A stretch of 64,000 bases of DNA, from assembly GCF_009914755.1 (NCBI RefSeq), contig NC_060936.1; one strand, given 5' to 3'. The translations under genes and the position numbers were made by a program. Shown here piece after piece: positions 27,331-44,199 of this stretch (position 1 is the stretch's first letter; each line of letters opens with the position of its first letter). The notes below the pieces were generated by a model. That model saw nothing but the letters and a program-made list of their open reading frames with translations. It was not told the DNA's origin and made no database searches. The stretch is from the human T2T-CHM13v2.0 reference genome, Homo sapiens.

Positions 27331-29813
27331 AACAAACAAAAGAGCAGGCATTGTGCCTATGAACTGTGAACGAGTGGTCAACCGTAGAAGATGGAGCTAT
27401 TTTTATGCAAGACTTCTTAAAATAGGGGCCTCGGGGTTCTAGGTGGAAAAGTTGGGGGAAAGGGTCCTTCTCCTCACTTTTGCCTAAGATCCAGCACTTC
27501 TACAGTACTTTGAAGACATGGATTACATTTTGGGGCCCCTGTCCATGGTATCATCACAAATACTAGTATAGTCTCCATCTGTGTTTGGGCAATGGAAACA
27601 GAATGCACCCTCACAGTGGCTGCTAAACTGTAACTGATAGTGCCTCGCTGGCCCTTGAGAATGTGGTAGAAATAACTTTTGACATTATTTGGGGGGGCCT
27701 CTGAGAGGGATGGACTTAGTATAACTAGATGTATTAGTAACAGGGAGACCTACAAAGTTTTGTAGAATTGCGTAGGATAGAATAGCACAGACTTCCTCAA
27801 GATATGACAGGCAAGGAAGGTCCTGGAAGTTTGCATAAGTCAGCTATGAGGGACATTAAATTCCTAAAAATACCTTTAATAGAAGGGAAGTTTATGGCAC
27901 ACATATCATAGTCCCTATCCTACCATAGATATTTGGACATGATTTCCTTCAAATTGGACTGATACTGTGGGAGAGGCAATTGGTCAAACAAAATTGCCTC
28001 CATTGAACTAGAAATTGGTTTTTCAGGTGGTGCAGCACTGTCAGTGCCTGACTTGGGGCCAAACCAGGCTCTAAGCTGTTGCAAAAATGGCAACTTTCTG
28101 GGGGCAAAATAATTTATGGAAAAGATGGAAGGTGCTTGAGACCATGCACCAGGGATCATTGGTGGTTCTGGAGTTCTGAATGCTTCTGTGTCCATGGCCA
28201 GCTACCTAGAGACTTGGGTTGGAACTGGTGACATCACAGTGATACTGAATACATGTTTGAATATGCACTGAGAGGGGGAAAAGGCTCTGCAAGTGTTGAT
28301 CTAAGAGAAGCTGCTGCAGGGGGCAGTGCAGAAAGGGGAGATGGGATGACACTGGCAAAACAGGTTTAATTGGAATGGGGGGTTATTGTCAGTGGAGATT
28401 CATATTGCATGAGAAGTTGGAAGGTCCCCTAGAATTCTTGCTCTGAGTTAAATTAATATGGAAGAGAAATAAGAGGTTAGGGGTAGCCTTAAAGACTCCT
28501 AAAAATAGTTTGAAGTCACAGAGCAAGCAACTGGAAGTGTAGTTCAGGCCTTACGTGAGGTGTGGGTAGGTGGCTCACCACACGGCCATGTCTATGACAC
28601 TAAATAATCTTGAGGGTGTGGACAGTTGGATCCCCTCTCCAGTTAGAGGCTCATAAGGGCCCAGGGTCTTTGCAAACCACCATGTCCATTTCTCTGTGCA
28701 AACGTCGGGGAGATGAACAAAGCAGATTGGCTGTAATGCCAGGTAAACCACTCTCTGGTGCTGAGAAAAACTAGCCTATGTGACAGGCAAAACCCACAAC
28801 AATGCGAATATTCTCAGCCTCTCCATCTTTTTTATCCTCTGAGAAGACCCCTGTAATTGATAGCTGGGATTCCCAGTACTTATGCAGATTGGGGGAATGA
28901 GGAACAGAATCAAAAGAGCTAAAATAAGCTTGGCCTGATTTATGTGAGGACAGGAAGCTTCTTGGAGGAGAGAAAAAGAATACATCCAAGAAGTGAAGAG
29001 AGCCAGGGAGTGAGAAAGCAAGGGCCAGGCTTGAGAGAAAGTGTGGGAGTGTTTGGGGAGAGAGAGACCAGCAGCAACAGCTATGCCATAATGTGTGGAA
29101 CAAATAGAGAAGGAAGGAAGACAAGTTTCAGATGTTTCGCTGTGCACTAAGAATGTAAACCCCTTTAAAGTTTGCCCAGAGACTGTAATAAAAATCTAAA
29201 TTTCTTTTTAATTCTTTTGGCTATTGGATATGTTTGAGTGTGATATCAAGCTGTGATGGGCCACAAAACAGGTCAGCTTCATGAAAGTTATATTTGGGGG
29301 ATACTGTCTGGGATTTGGCGCCTAAGGTACAGCAGTCAGCTATATCTTGTTTTAAATCATTGCTCTAGACCTGAGTCTAGCCAGCATCATCGGATTTATA
29401 GTGCAAAAAATACACCAGCTATAGAAAATAGAAACTAGAGATACACGAGACACCAGACAGAGGAAAATGGCAGAGCCTCTTCCAAATCCCAATTTTAGTG
29501 AGAATATGAGGTTTGAAACTAGGTGTACCTGATGGAAACCTATATGTAGATAGCATGAGGGTCTCTCCCTATCACAGATTGATAAGAGTGGGATGAAGAG
29601 AATAGCTAAGGGGATTCCCAGAGGATAATAGAAAAGCAGGAAGCAGAAGCTGTGCGGGGGTTATATTCTCTTATTATGTGGCAGTTCCTCTGAATATTCT
29701 AGTAGGATGGCTGGGGTATACATCTGGCCACCTTTTGCTTGGAAATGGACCCATGCAACTAACTATAGGGCATTGGGATCCAGAGGGCCCAGGCCTGTAA
29801 CCCATCTAGCTGA

Positions 29814-30485
<672 letters not shown>

Positions 30486-32379
30486 TGACCTGGAACTTGA
30501 CTGGACCAGCCAAACTGCTTGATCTCTGCACATGTTTCCCATGGCCTTTTGTGCTTCTCCAATAATTTCCCCTCCCTCTGGGCTCAGATCCCTTGTACTC
30601 TCAGTGGACTTCATGGCCAGCACCTCTGGACAGCATGATGTAATCTTATGCTGAAAGCCTTCACATCCTCAAGAATAGTGGCAAAAGGCCTTGTATGATG
30701 ACATACCATAGCTCCTCCTGTATGGGGGCTATGCTTAGTGTAAGCTTATGGGATTTCAACAATGAGAGGTCCCCCACTGGGACAGAGTCACTCTTTGTAG
30801 GTAGAAGGTAGGGATATACCTGAAGGGTGAATTGGCAAGATGAAATCTTCCATGTGAAGTGCTTGTCAAGAGATGTAAAGTAACAGACCTAGACAGAAAG
30901 TCTGAAAGCCATGCCAGTCTTTTCTGGCTATAGCAGAGCTCTCCTCGGAAGGATGAAAGCAGGGTTGGACCTATAAGCCCTGAGAACATGCTTGCTGTAG
31001 TATAATCAGAAACTTATGCTGTGTAAGCTCAGCTGTTTTCATGTGTTCTGTTTCTATTTCTAGTTTTCCTATAGTTTTTAATAAAGTCTCTTTGTAAACA
31101 CCAGCCCACTTCAGCTGTGCTTATGGAAACCAAGGAAAAGCATTTCTGTCCTCTCTTGAGCCAGAGTTTCAGGAGTAATCTAAGGTGTTATTACCACGTG
31201 TGGGGTACAGAGCAGAGGTAGGAGTCCTAAGCAAGGTGAGAGTGCTGGAAATCTGTAGAATGAAGGAAGAAATGAGCAAGCAAATAGAATTGAATCATTA
31301 GTTTCAGAAAATACAATACTGTGTTTTTAAAATTTGTTCATATATTTGTTTTGGGAAATCAAATTTTTAATGGCTGCATAATACTTTATGTATCAGCAAT
31401 TTTGCCTTAGTTTATTTAAACATTCTGCTGCTGGTCATTTAGGATAGTCCCCACTTGTTTCTATTTTAAAAGCAGTAAGATTGGTATAGGTCAAGCAGTC
31501 CTCTAGTGTCACAAAACTTTCCCTGGGCCAGCCTCACTCTTCATCACCAAGCACATAACCAGGGAAACCCAAAGGTAACACATTTGCTGTCACTGAACCG
31601 CCAGTCTACAAAACACTCACCTTTACGTAGTTCTTCTCTATCTTGAAGTGATATAGTTTGTTTCTCTTTCCCAGATTTATTCTTATGAACTTCATTTTTG
31701 GCTTCCGATCACTTGGCTTCCCTAATTTCCTAGGGTCATTATTAATTATTGTGCTCTGCCCAGGTGCTGATTCCTTCTCAATCTGCAATCATCTACGTAT
31801 ATTAAAGACAATTTTTCTTCTTCCTCCACCCTTCCTGCTCCACCCCTTAAATAGGGAAAGGGCTTGTCACAAAGGTTGGGGATACTCAGTGTATGTCTGA
31901 ACTTGGGCACTGAAAGAGAGAGCGGGAATTACTCTAACACACAGTCCCCCCATCCATACCCTCCACACAACGGTCAACAGTTTACCTTTTCACCTGTGAG
32001 ATGATGCAGACTGTTATTCAGAATTAGAAATAGTATTATAGATTATCCAGTCCAATTCCCTAACAGATGAGGAAAATGATGTGGCCAAGGTCGCTGAATG
32101 AATAAGTGGCAGAAACGAAACTGAATTCAGGTCTCCTAAAACCCACTACGTTTGGCTTGGGGAGTTCTGGATGAGAGCGTGGGACTTGGTGGTTTTTGTT
32201 ATTCATTCAATAACTATATTAAGCATCTACATACTAGGTGCCAGGCACTATTTTAGGAGCTGGGGATTCCGTGATGGAGGGTGCAGGGGAGACAAAAATC
32301 TCTCCCCTTATGGAGCTTTCATTCTCAAAACTTAAGCACTTGGCCTCCCCATCTGGGACAAACTCCCAGAGACCTGCGT

Positions 32380-34330
<1,951 letters not shown>

Positions 34331-34388
34331 CATCCCTATCCTGTCCTTTCCCCCTTCCCAGACAACAGGAGAACCCGTGAATTGTGTA

Positions 34389-34394
34389 AATAAA
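34389..34394 (+). terminator. Candidate proximal poly(A) signal of CCDC184
   Basis: TGTA-AATAAA with downstream U-rich CTTTTTCTATTCT. Confidence 0.5.
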
Positions 34395-35258
34395 ATTCTG
34401 CTTTTTCTATTCTGAAAAAGGACTTACCTAGGACCATGGCAAATAATCTCTAACAATTTACCTGGAAATTAAGGAATTGGGGGTATTTTGTTCTGGCAAC
34501 AGGAAATTTACCCTTCTGCTGAAATCCAAGATATTCAGTGCTCTGCAGAAGCCTCTCCCCCTCACAGATCTCTGCGGCTGCTGATTGGTAAAGGAAGCTT
34601 GAGGAGGGAACTGCAGCCCTAGGAATCTGGGTGAATGGGGTTCCAAGGGCCCCTGGGCTGGGAGGAGCTGGCTATGAATGTGCATGAAGACATAATAGCT
34701 CAACCTCTAGGATTTTGCATGCAGAGCGGATCCTGCCTTGTCACTGACTTCATCTGGGATTGCTTTTCCACTCCCTGGGGCTTAGAGAACAAAGAGCCCG
34801 GTTCACAGGCAGAGACTCGGGGGTGCTCAGCAGCAGCCCAGATTTAGGGGACATTTGAGGGACTCTTGGGGCCGCAGCCAAAAACTGTCTCTCCTGGCTA
34901 CACCTGCTTAACTTCAGTTCCTTTTTCTGTCAATATGTCCTTGCCCACTGCCTCTCGGTGTTGCCTTCATAATGTCTTGTGTGTGTTATGTGTGTCTACT
35001 TGTGTAGTAGTGTGTGAGCCCTCAGGGGCAGGGCTTGTGGCTCTGGTGTTAGGTTCAGGGGCTTCAGACCCTTCTACGAGCTCCAAGCTATCAATGGCGC
35101 TTTTCTCTCCCTCTTCCCCCAACCAGGGCATGGAGCATGTGGCTGTCCTGAGGTTCTTTTACTGATGTGCCGCCCTTCCACCTCCTCAAGTGGTGACTTT
35201 GTGTGCCCTCCCCCTCCTTTGTGTATTCCTTCTCAATGCTTTCCTTGGTGTTAACCTT

Positions 35259-35264
35259 AATAAA
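35259..35264 (+). terminator. Distal poly(A) signal of CCDC184
   Basis: AATAAA ~1.2 kb after the stop, with upstream TGTA at ~35222; consistent with a ~2.3-kb mRNA (recall). Confidence 0.7.
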
Positions 35265-35862
35265 AAGGCGTCATCTCCCCTCCTTGCTGACTGGTACTAA
35301 GGGGATATCAGGGTGGGTCTTAGTGGGAACTGCAGGGGCCATGCCTTCCCTCCTCTCTCCTTGCCTCCAGTTCAAGGAGTTGACTGTCCCTGCCCTGGTT
35401 GGGACAGGCATTGCCAACTCTCCCTGCTTTCCCTTCTGTCCTGGACCTTGACCTCAAGCTGCCCTGGGGAAGGAGGTGGTAAGTGTTGAGACTCCCATGC
35501 TAACATGAGTTTTTAGTAGCCAGAACTCCAAATGTGCAGGAGACTTCTTTTTCAGTGAAGCATCCCAGTGAAGCCCTGGGAAATGATTTCCAAATCTGGG
35601 TCCTGGAATGGCAGATACTGCACCTGTTCCATGGAGGGAGTGGGGTGGGGGTATTGTTCTGGAGGGATTGCCTGGGATCTCTGGAAATAGTGACACATCA
35701 CAAAGGGAAACCACAATAACTGCCTCAGGCCTCTAGTGGAGAACCCGGGTAAGGTGTTCCCCAGAGGGCTTGACTGACAGCTCTAGTCTACTCCCTTGGG
35801 CAATGGAGATTTCTTGAGGCTGCCCCTGAACAAAATTTGAGAGCAGAATGAGCTAGGGTGCC

Positions 35863-35891
35863 GTGTGTATATGTGCATGTGTGTGTGTATA

Positions 35892-35931
<40 letters not shown>
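35863..35931. repeat. (GT)n microsatellite
   Basis: Interrupted then pure GT run. Confidence 0.95.
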
Positions 35932-35932
<1 letters not shown>

Positions 35933-36227
35933 TAGCTGCTGGTAGCTGCAGAGTGGTGGAAAGAGAGAGCACTAAAGACTTAAATCTCAGTTCTAACAGT
36001 TGAGTGCTTGAGGCTTAGTTTCTGGATATGTAAAATGGGGACAAGAAGTTGTTGGGGAGAAAAATATATAGGACTCCTAGGAAGTCTTGTGCAAATGTTA
36101 GTTTCCTTATAGTTTTATTGGAGTAGGGGGTGGTGGTGACTGGCTCCTCTGGGAAAACAAAGCTACCCAGGGAAGGTTCTAGAAACTTTCTTTTTATATA
36201 ATCTTTTCCTATCTGAAGAATCCTTGA

Positions 36228-36520
<293 letters not shown>

Positions 36521-36899
36521 CCCTTATTCTTCTTTAGAATTAGATATTAGTTGTTCTATCTAATTCTACTTATCTGATTCTATCTACAGAATTCTAGTTA
36601 TTTAGAATTAGACGGGACTAAGGAAAGGGGAATGGTGAGATTCCTAAGCTAGCATGGACCTTTTCATCATAAATGAAAGGGTCATCATGAATGTCATGTA
36701 ACTATGGGCCAAAAAGGTCTTGGGGGACAGCCAGACCTGAACACATAGGCTGGCCAGAGGAATCTTGAGTTATGCAGTGATTGGGGAATGTGTGCTGGGG
36801 GCCCTAGAGAGAGCTGCTAAAGTATATAAGTGGGAAAGTGTCCCTGAGGACTGGGAGATAGGTTCCTATTATAGTTCCAGCAGTAGGCACTAAGAAAAA

Positions 36900-37112
36900 C
36901 AGTAACTATCATTGATTGAGCATCTACTATGTGCCAGACACTGTACCTAATTTTATCTCCCAACAGCCCTATGAACTAGGCACTATTATTATTTTCATAT
37001 AACAGACTCTAAGATGCTCAGGGTCACAGGCTAGTACTTGGCAGAGCCAGGACTTAAACCCAGATCTGTCTGACTTAAAAAGCCCTAGATGGAAACCACT
37101 TTGCTAACTGCT
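36900..37112 (-). mobile_element. MIR
   Basis: GATTGAGCATCTACTATGTGCCAGACACTG...GGTCACAGGCTAGTACTTGGCAGAGCCAGGACTTAAACCCAG. Confidence 0.75.
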
Positions 37113-37455
37113 CTCTTATTTGGATCTTCAGAGAGCGATCTTCAGTTTGGAGAAATAAGGGTATCGAAGCCTAATCCAATCCTGAAAAGGAAATAACCTT
37201 AGTTTTGGTTACTTTTCATCTTCTTAGTTGGAACAAGAAATTGCAGTTCAGATTTTGGTTAGTGACCCTTCCCAGAGTCCAGTGGGTGGTAATATAATAA
37301 CAGCACCAAGAAGATGGCCTCCTGAACCTGTTCCTTAAGAGGAAGAAGCCGATGCTCCCAGGTGTTCTCTCACACAGCTCCATTCTTGTGCCTCTTTCCT
37401 GTTCCCTATATCTCAGATTCTCCAGAGTCTGACATGAATCCCAAGGGCACCTTAG

Positions 37456-37608
37456 GGTGGGCGCGGTGGCTCACACTTGTCATCCCAGCTACTTGGGGGA
37501 CTGACGTAGGAGGATCACTTGGGCCTAGGAGATTGAGGTTGCAGTGAGCCATGATTGTGTCACTGCACTCCAGCCTGGGCAACAGAGTGAGACCATGTCT
37601 CAAAAAAA
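37456..37608 (+). mobile_element. Alu monomer (FRAM/FAM-like)
   Basis: Single arm with A-tail; TSD CCAAGGGCA. Confidence 0.85.
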
Positions 37609-40600
37609 GCCAAGGGCAGTTTAGCTCTTTAGCCTCTGTAGAACGTTCTGGCAGAGTCTTTTAGCCTTTGACTCCAGTTCCCCTTCTTATGCCCACTGTC
37701 CTCAGTCCCTTAGGGCCTCTTTGAAGTTCTTTAACCATTGCCCCCTCAAGTCCCAGATAGATAAAAATCTCTCCAGAAAAAGCAATGCTTCAACCTTATT
37801 CAGTCACCTGCGCCCAGCATCTCACAACGATCCAGCACAGATAGGAGGTCCTTGTTTCTCCCTATTCCCCACTCTCCTCTTGCATTTCTCATTTGTAATG
37901 CCTCCCGACCTCTTCTCTTCTCTGATGAGTGAGTTTCAGCTGGGATTCCTAAGCGCAGACTCATGGGCAAGGGTCACAACTGAACTTCAGAGGGCCACAA
38001 CCCCTTGAAATTGAATGCAAAGTCATTACGTATGTACATTCTCTAGAGAAATGTACATTGTTTCAACTTTATTCTTAAAAAGTAAGAATTAAGTTAAAAA
38101 AAAGGTAAGAATCACTGAGATAAAGGGCAATGAGACTTTTTAACTTGAGAAATACCCAAGGGGAAATGACTTTTCCCTAACCTGGTACTCTTGGCATCCT
38201 TTCCTCCAGAGTTTTCCACACTGAATTGAATTTTTTTACATAAATCTGATTACTCATCACCTATTCAACACATTCAAATTCTGTTGACACTCATGATGTT
38301 CTAAAAATCCTGTCTCCCAATACTTCCGAGTCTGCTAGTACTTGGAGTTTGCTGGAGCATTGCTGATGTTGTGGAGGTGAGGAAATAGCCCCTGCCATGG
38401 CTTTATACCATTTTATGTCTGGGGCCAACACACGCTGTGCTGCGTGTAACTCATCACAACTCTTTCAGTTTCTGGCACTCCCGTCTCACACTAGTTTAAG
38501 GGGCCTCTCTCAGGATTTAGCTCCTATTCTCAAGATGAAAACATGTATAGCTTCATAGAAGTAAGCTACAATTTTATCCTGGTATGGCTAAAATCTGCTC
38601 TTAGAGAAATTGTTATTTCCCTAAGAGATGTAAGCTGGCCTCCAACATGAACACTCAGTTTTACATGATCTCAGGATCACCATAAATGATAGTCTCTGTT
38701 TGATATGTATGATGAAATGGCTCACCTAGTAGTTTTCCCAGAACTAAGGAATAGTCCTTACCCAAATATATTTAGGTGTATACTTCTTGCAAGACATAAA
38801 ATTGCTTGCATCTTTGAAAAGGCAGGTTTTCAGAAGCATCTTCCTCGTTTGTATGCCTTGAAGAAGAAATTCAGCCAGGATACCTTGGTATGGTAAGAAA
38901 TATTTTTGAACAAAAGACATGTTTTTGAATCTTTTACTCTAGCTACCATTTCCCCTCACATTTAGACTGTCCCCAGAAAGTGAATTCTCTTTCTGCTTGG
39001 AAGCACTGTGCTTATAGAAGCAACCCTGCTCTGTAAATAATGCTGTAATGGTGCCACCTGTCGGGAAATAGGGACATTACAAGGGGAGCCTCAGGGAATT
39101 TATGGCTTTCACTTCAACAAGCACTATCAGATGCCTGCTAAAGTCCTGGCTCTCTGTCAAATGGTGGGTGGCAAGGAGAGAAGAGAAAGTAAATAAATAG
39201 AATGTATATGAAGAATGTAAAAAACAACTGCAATATACTCCTGACTTGTCTCCCCTGGCCTTGCTCACATACCTTTCATCCGAAGGTTAATCTTCCTAAA
39301 CCAGAGCTCTGAACATTCATTCTTCTCGAAATCTGTGTGTCCCTAGTGCTTCTTAAACTAAGTTTAAAATCCAGTGGGCGTGGGGAGTCAAGGTCCTCCC
39401 TAATTAGGCCCGGAATATTTTTTAACCTATATATTTCATTTCTCAACTACATCTTCTAGACACCATCCCACCAGGTAAGAAGCCCATATCATCCCAGTCA
39501 AAGCTGGAAATGATTCCCAGGGGTATCCCAGTTTCTTTAATCCCTGAGTGAGCCATCTAAATGAGCGCCCTCTGGCCTCAATTCCGTATCTCTCAGTCAT
39601 GCTTCCCAAGTGCAGTCAGATGCACATCTCCTCCAGAAAAAGGACTTCTGCAGCCTGGGCCACCTGCACCAGCCTCTCAGAGGTGTTCCCCACCTCCCCT
39701 TGCCCCTTTTCCCTCTCTCACGCTGTGAATGGGAAATCCCCAGAAATAGCATGTAAAACTTTTTGACTATGAATTTGTGCTTTTATTTCAAGGAATAGGG
39801 TTCATAATTTTCATCAAATTATTAATGAAGCCTGTAAAGTCAGAAAGGGTAACTAACTCTAGTTAAAATGTGCATGCTACTCACCATTTCCCAGAAATGC
39901 CCCTCATTTTCCTGCATCTGGTTTTCTGGTCATTCTCTTTACTTTCCTGCTCCATCATGTCTCTGTTAGTTAGAACTCTACCGGTTCTCTAAAGCCTTTC
40001 TCTAATGCTACCTCCATCATGGAGCCTTTCCTGATGTGATCTCTTCCTCCTTAAAATGTCCAAATCTTTTTCTTTGTACCTATTTGGAGCATGGTAACTG
40101 TATTTTGCCTTACTTCTATTATTCCTCATGTGCTTTTATATTCTCCCTTCTGGATTATCAGTTATCTTGAGAGCTGGAACTGCTTTCTCATTTTTATAGT
40201 CTCTGAAGTATCTATTTTATTGACTTTAAGGCACAATTGACTGTATGGCATCCTATTTTAGGTACCATTAAGAAAGGAAAAAACACTGTCAAATTATCGC
40301 TATGCTTTCTTATATTTATATTTTAAAGTTTCATTCTTAAAGAACTCTTTTAGAGTTGCTTAGAAATAGAACTTAAAAAAATCACTACTATGCACTGAAA
40401 TAACTGAGTCATTATGGTATTATTTAATTTTTTTCACACTGAGTCTGACACTTGAATCACTTTTTGACTCAGAATATTTGATGTATTTTCCCATGCATTT
40501 CTATTCTCTGGGCCATTTTGAGTATTAGTGAAGTGGCATTTCTTATAAAGAAAAAAAAGTCCTCTAGTATTGTCTATGGGAAATTCTTCCAGGCTACAAT

Positions 40601-41059
40601 ACCTAGTATGCAAGTTTTAATGCTGGCACATTTTTTGATCTTGCTAGAACATGTTCAGGGAAGGTGTTCAGACAACAACTAGGACTAATATTCCTTCAAG
40701 GGTCATTAAATGGTTGATTAACTGAAACATCAAGGGATTATAGATCAGGCATGTGTAGGCAATGACAACTATGTCATGACTGCTGTGTGGCCAACAGTAA
40801 TTGAAGGCTGCCATCAATTATAAGACACATTCCATTTCAGAGATGTTACAGTGTGGGGTGGGGGAAAGTCTGTCTGGAATTAGTAGTAAGGGACCTGTCT
40901 TATAATAGGCAGAAAATGTGTGTAATTGAATCTTAAGTATATAACATCTAAAGAATTATAAGATTTTAGAGCCAGGAATAAAAAAACACATGTTACCATC
41001 CCTTAGAATCTTAGAAAATGTTATTGGTGAAATAAACTTTAGTGATGATCATACAGCCA

Positions 41060-41366
41060 TTTTATTTTTATTTATTTATTTATTTTGGATACAGTCTTAC
41101 TCTATTGCCCAGGCGGGAGTGTAGTGGCACAATCTCAGCTCACTGCACCTCTGCCTCCTGGGTTCAAGCAATTCTCCTGCCTCAGCTACCCGAATAGCTT
41201 GGATTACAGGCATGTGTCACCACACCCAGCTAATTTTTGTATTTTTAGTAGAGATGGGGTTTCGCTATGTTGAACAGGCTGGTCTCAAACTCCTGAAGTC
41301 AAGCAATCTGCCCACTTTGGCCTCCCAAAGTGCTGGGATTATAAGCGTGAGCCACTGTGCCCGGCC
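41060..41366 (-). mobile_element. Alu
   Basis: Antisense dimer; TSD TCATACAGCCATTTT. Confidence 0.93.
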
Positions 41367-41529
41367 TCATACAGCCATTTTGTATGTAACTCAGATGTCT
41401 GAAGGGAGTGCCCATGTCATTAAGAATCTGATTAAATTTGACCCAAATTTCAATTTCAAACCTGGGAAGTCCACAGCATGCCATACAATTTCTGCAGTGT
41501 CCCATAGTTTGTTTTCCTCTTGATTCTCC

Positions 41530-42370
41530 ACATATCTCAGGCCTTAACTAACTGTAAAGCCAGCCAAGTTGTACAGTAAGAGTCATAGTGGCATTTTATG
41601 AAGGATTTAGGAAGTCTAACAACCTTTGAATTGTACAACTTTTCTTGCATAAATTCCCTTTCACAAATCTTTTCATGACTTACACAAACCACCTATCACA
41701 TGCTTGGACTATCTTACTTGCCCTAAACATCCCTCTTTTTAAACAACCAGTCATTTTGCTTTAGGATAATAATTTACCATACAAGATCATTCCTTATATA
41801 AAATCTCTTTTCTTTATAACCTTCTTTGCATAGCTAGGGGGCATGGCTAATTCCACATGTCCCCAGGCCTTATCTAGAATTTAATGGCTTCAAGGTAAGT
41901 AAATTGAACAATTTCCAAAAGTCAAAGAAGCAGTTTATGACCTTAAAGCATTTAGCAAACCTAATATCTGACCTAATTTAGACCAAATGTCTAAATTTTG
42001 AAGACATTTTTATTGTATCAATAGTCTTTAAAACTGTCTTTATTTTTGAAAGTTTACCATAGTCACATGAACTAAAAGGCATTAGTTTTAATTTTTCTGA
42101 GAAAATATTTAAGTGCTTTTCTTTAAGCCAATTAATTAGAGCTCTTTTATGTAAACATTACACACACAATACATACAAATACACAGATAGAAGATCCTGT
42201 AGTTGTAAGGCTTTTCATTTGCCAGTTAAGTTTCTCTTTAAAGCAGGCAGTTTTTAATGGCTTAATAAGCAGACACAGATGGAAGGAAAAACAGATTTCC
42301 AGAAATTAAGGGTCTCATTTTTATACCAGATCCTGGATTCCAAAAAGAGGGAATCAGCCCATCCCCAATC
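41530..42370 (-). mobile_element. ERV1 internal fragment (MER4-group)
   Basis: AT-rich MER4-int-type phrases (GGCATGGCTAATTCCACATGTCCCCAGGCCTTATCTAGAAT; TTAAGCCAATTAATTAGAGCTCTTTTAT). Confidence 0.7.
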
Positions 42371-44199
42371 CCTTGCATCCAACCCCTGAGTCCATGCAGG
42401 CCGCCTCAGTTTCATTCCTTATCAACTGTAAGAAGGACTCATAAAACACCCTTTCATTGGTTTCAAGAGGAACTATTACATAATCCTGCTAGGCATTTAA
42501 AATATTTTACTGTAGATTGAATAGGAAAATGGGGGTGGGTGGGGTAGGGATCCCAGGGAAAGTCCCATGAAGAAGTTTATGCCTTTAACAGGCTCCTCCA
42601 CCCCATCCTTCCTTCCTTTCTTTCTGCTCCTACCTGCTTGCTCAGCATTACCAGCACACTCTCATATTTTGAGAAAAATAGTTTATTTCACATGTAGCCC
42701 TCTGGGTAGGGGAAATTTATCTTATTTTTACCCCAAGTACTTCATTAAAAAGTACAGCTTCCTTCTAAAAGAATTGCTGGTGAGCAAATATTAATTATGC
42801 CATTGTACATAACTAAGGAAATGGGTGATATGCCCAAGGTTACACAGATAATGACAGTGTTAGGAACAGAAGCCTGTTCACCTGAACTATAGAACAATTT
42901 TTTCCCATTAAATGGTACTACACCTTAATCTGCTATAAATGGTTACAATATGCTAAGGAAAGCTTATTGTGACTTGAATCCAGCTTTGAGAATAAAGAGT
43001 CAAAAAACTTTTGTATAGCAGGTGAATAATTATATCAGCATGATGGAAAAATACATACAAAAAGAGAACCATGATTGAGTGAATTTGTCAGCAAGTGTTT
43101 ACCAACTGCCTGCTATGTGTCATTGAAGGCTGCAGGCACTGCTGCAGACTCCAGGAAGTCATGGTCCCTACCTTTAAGGAGCTCACAGTCTAATTATGAG
43201 GGAATAATTGAATTGGGACTGAGTGTTCTTGAATCGGGACAGAGTGCTTCTCGGAAGATCAAAGGGAAAATCTGTTTTCTATGAGCATTGCCCACTAAAT
43301 TGAAAGCACTTCAATTTTAAAATGGGAATGGTGTGTGTGTGGGAGGGGCAGGTGTGTATGCAGGAGGGACAAGGTGAAATGGAGAAGTTAAAAAAATGTG
43401 TGATGTTAGCTGTGGGCTTGTAAAAATTTTTTTTTTTTAAAGGGAAGTTTAAAAATGCCAGGAAAGCCATAACATTTTATGCTACAGAGGACATCAAGTA
43501 TGATACTGGAGAAAGAGCCATAGCAGAGGCAGCATCCTAGTAATTTTCTGGAAAAAGTAAGTACAATGGAGTTGGCAAAACAAAACAAAAAACCTACTTA
43601 TGGCCTCCACACCAATGCACAAAATACAGGTAATATAGAATTTTAGATTTTATTCAATGAGGAAAATAAAATCTCATAAAGAAACATGGTAGGATGGGAT
43701 TGACACCTGGAACCTGGCAGTGAAAAAAGGTACAATACGTTGTTCCATAGAAATAGAACTAAGTTCTGATGCGCAGCTGGGAAAGGGTTGCTGGTTATGG
43801 GACACACACCATGTGTTTGTGGGAAACCTGTTTCTGGGTCAGAAGCAGCTTCTTTGCTGTGATCTACAGAAAGTTAGCCCTTGTCCCTGGCATTTGTAAA
43901 ATTCAGGAAGGAAAGAGGGAAAAAAGGGGCAGGTAAGGGATGAAGGAAGGAAAGAAAGAGACAAAAGAAAATAAGTGCAAGGAATGTAAAAACAAAAGAA
44001 AATCATAGAAGGAAAGTCAGAGTAGCCCTTTAATCACGAAGGTAGAGTCTTGTGTGGGCTTTTTATATTCTTGAGCATGGAAACAAGAAAGGAATCATTT
44101 AGGTAAAGATAAAGGAGAGGAAATAAGTCATGTCATTTTTAAAATGTGCCAAGGGCTAACAAAACAGATACATAAACTGGATTATAGATCCCAGGAGCA

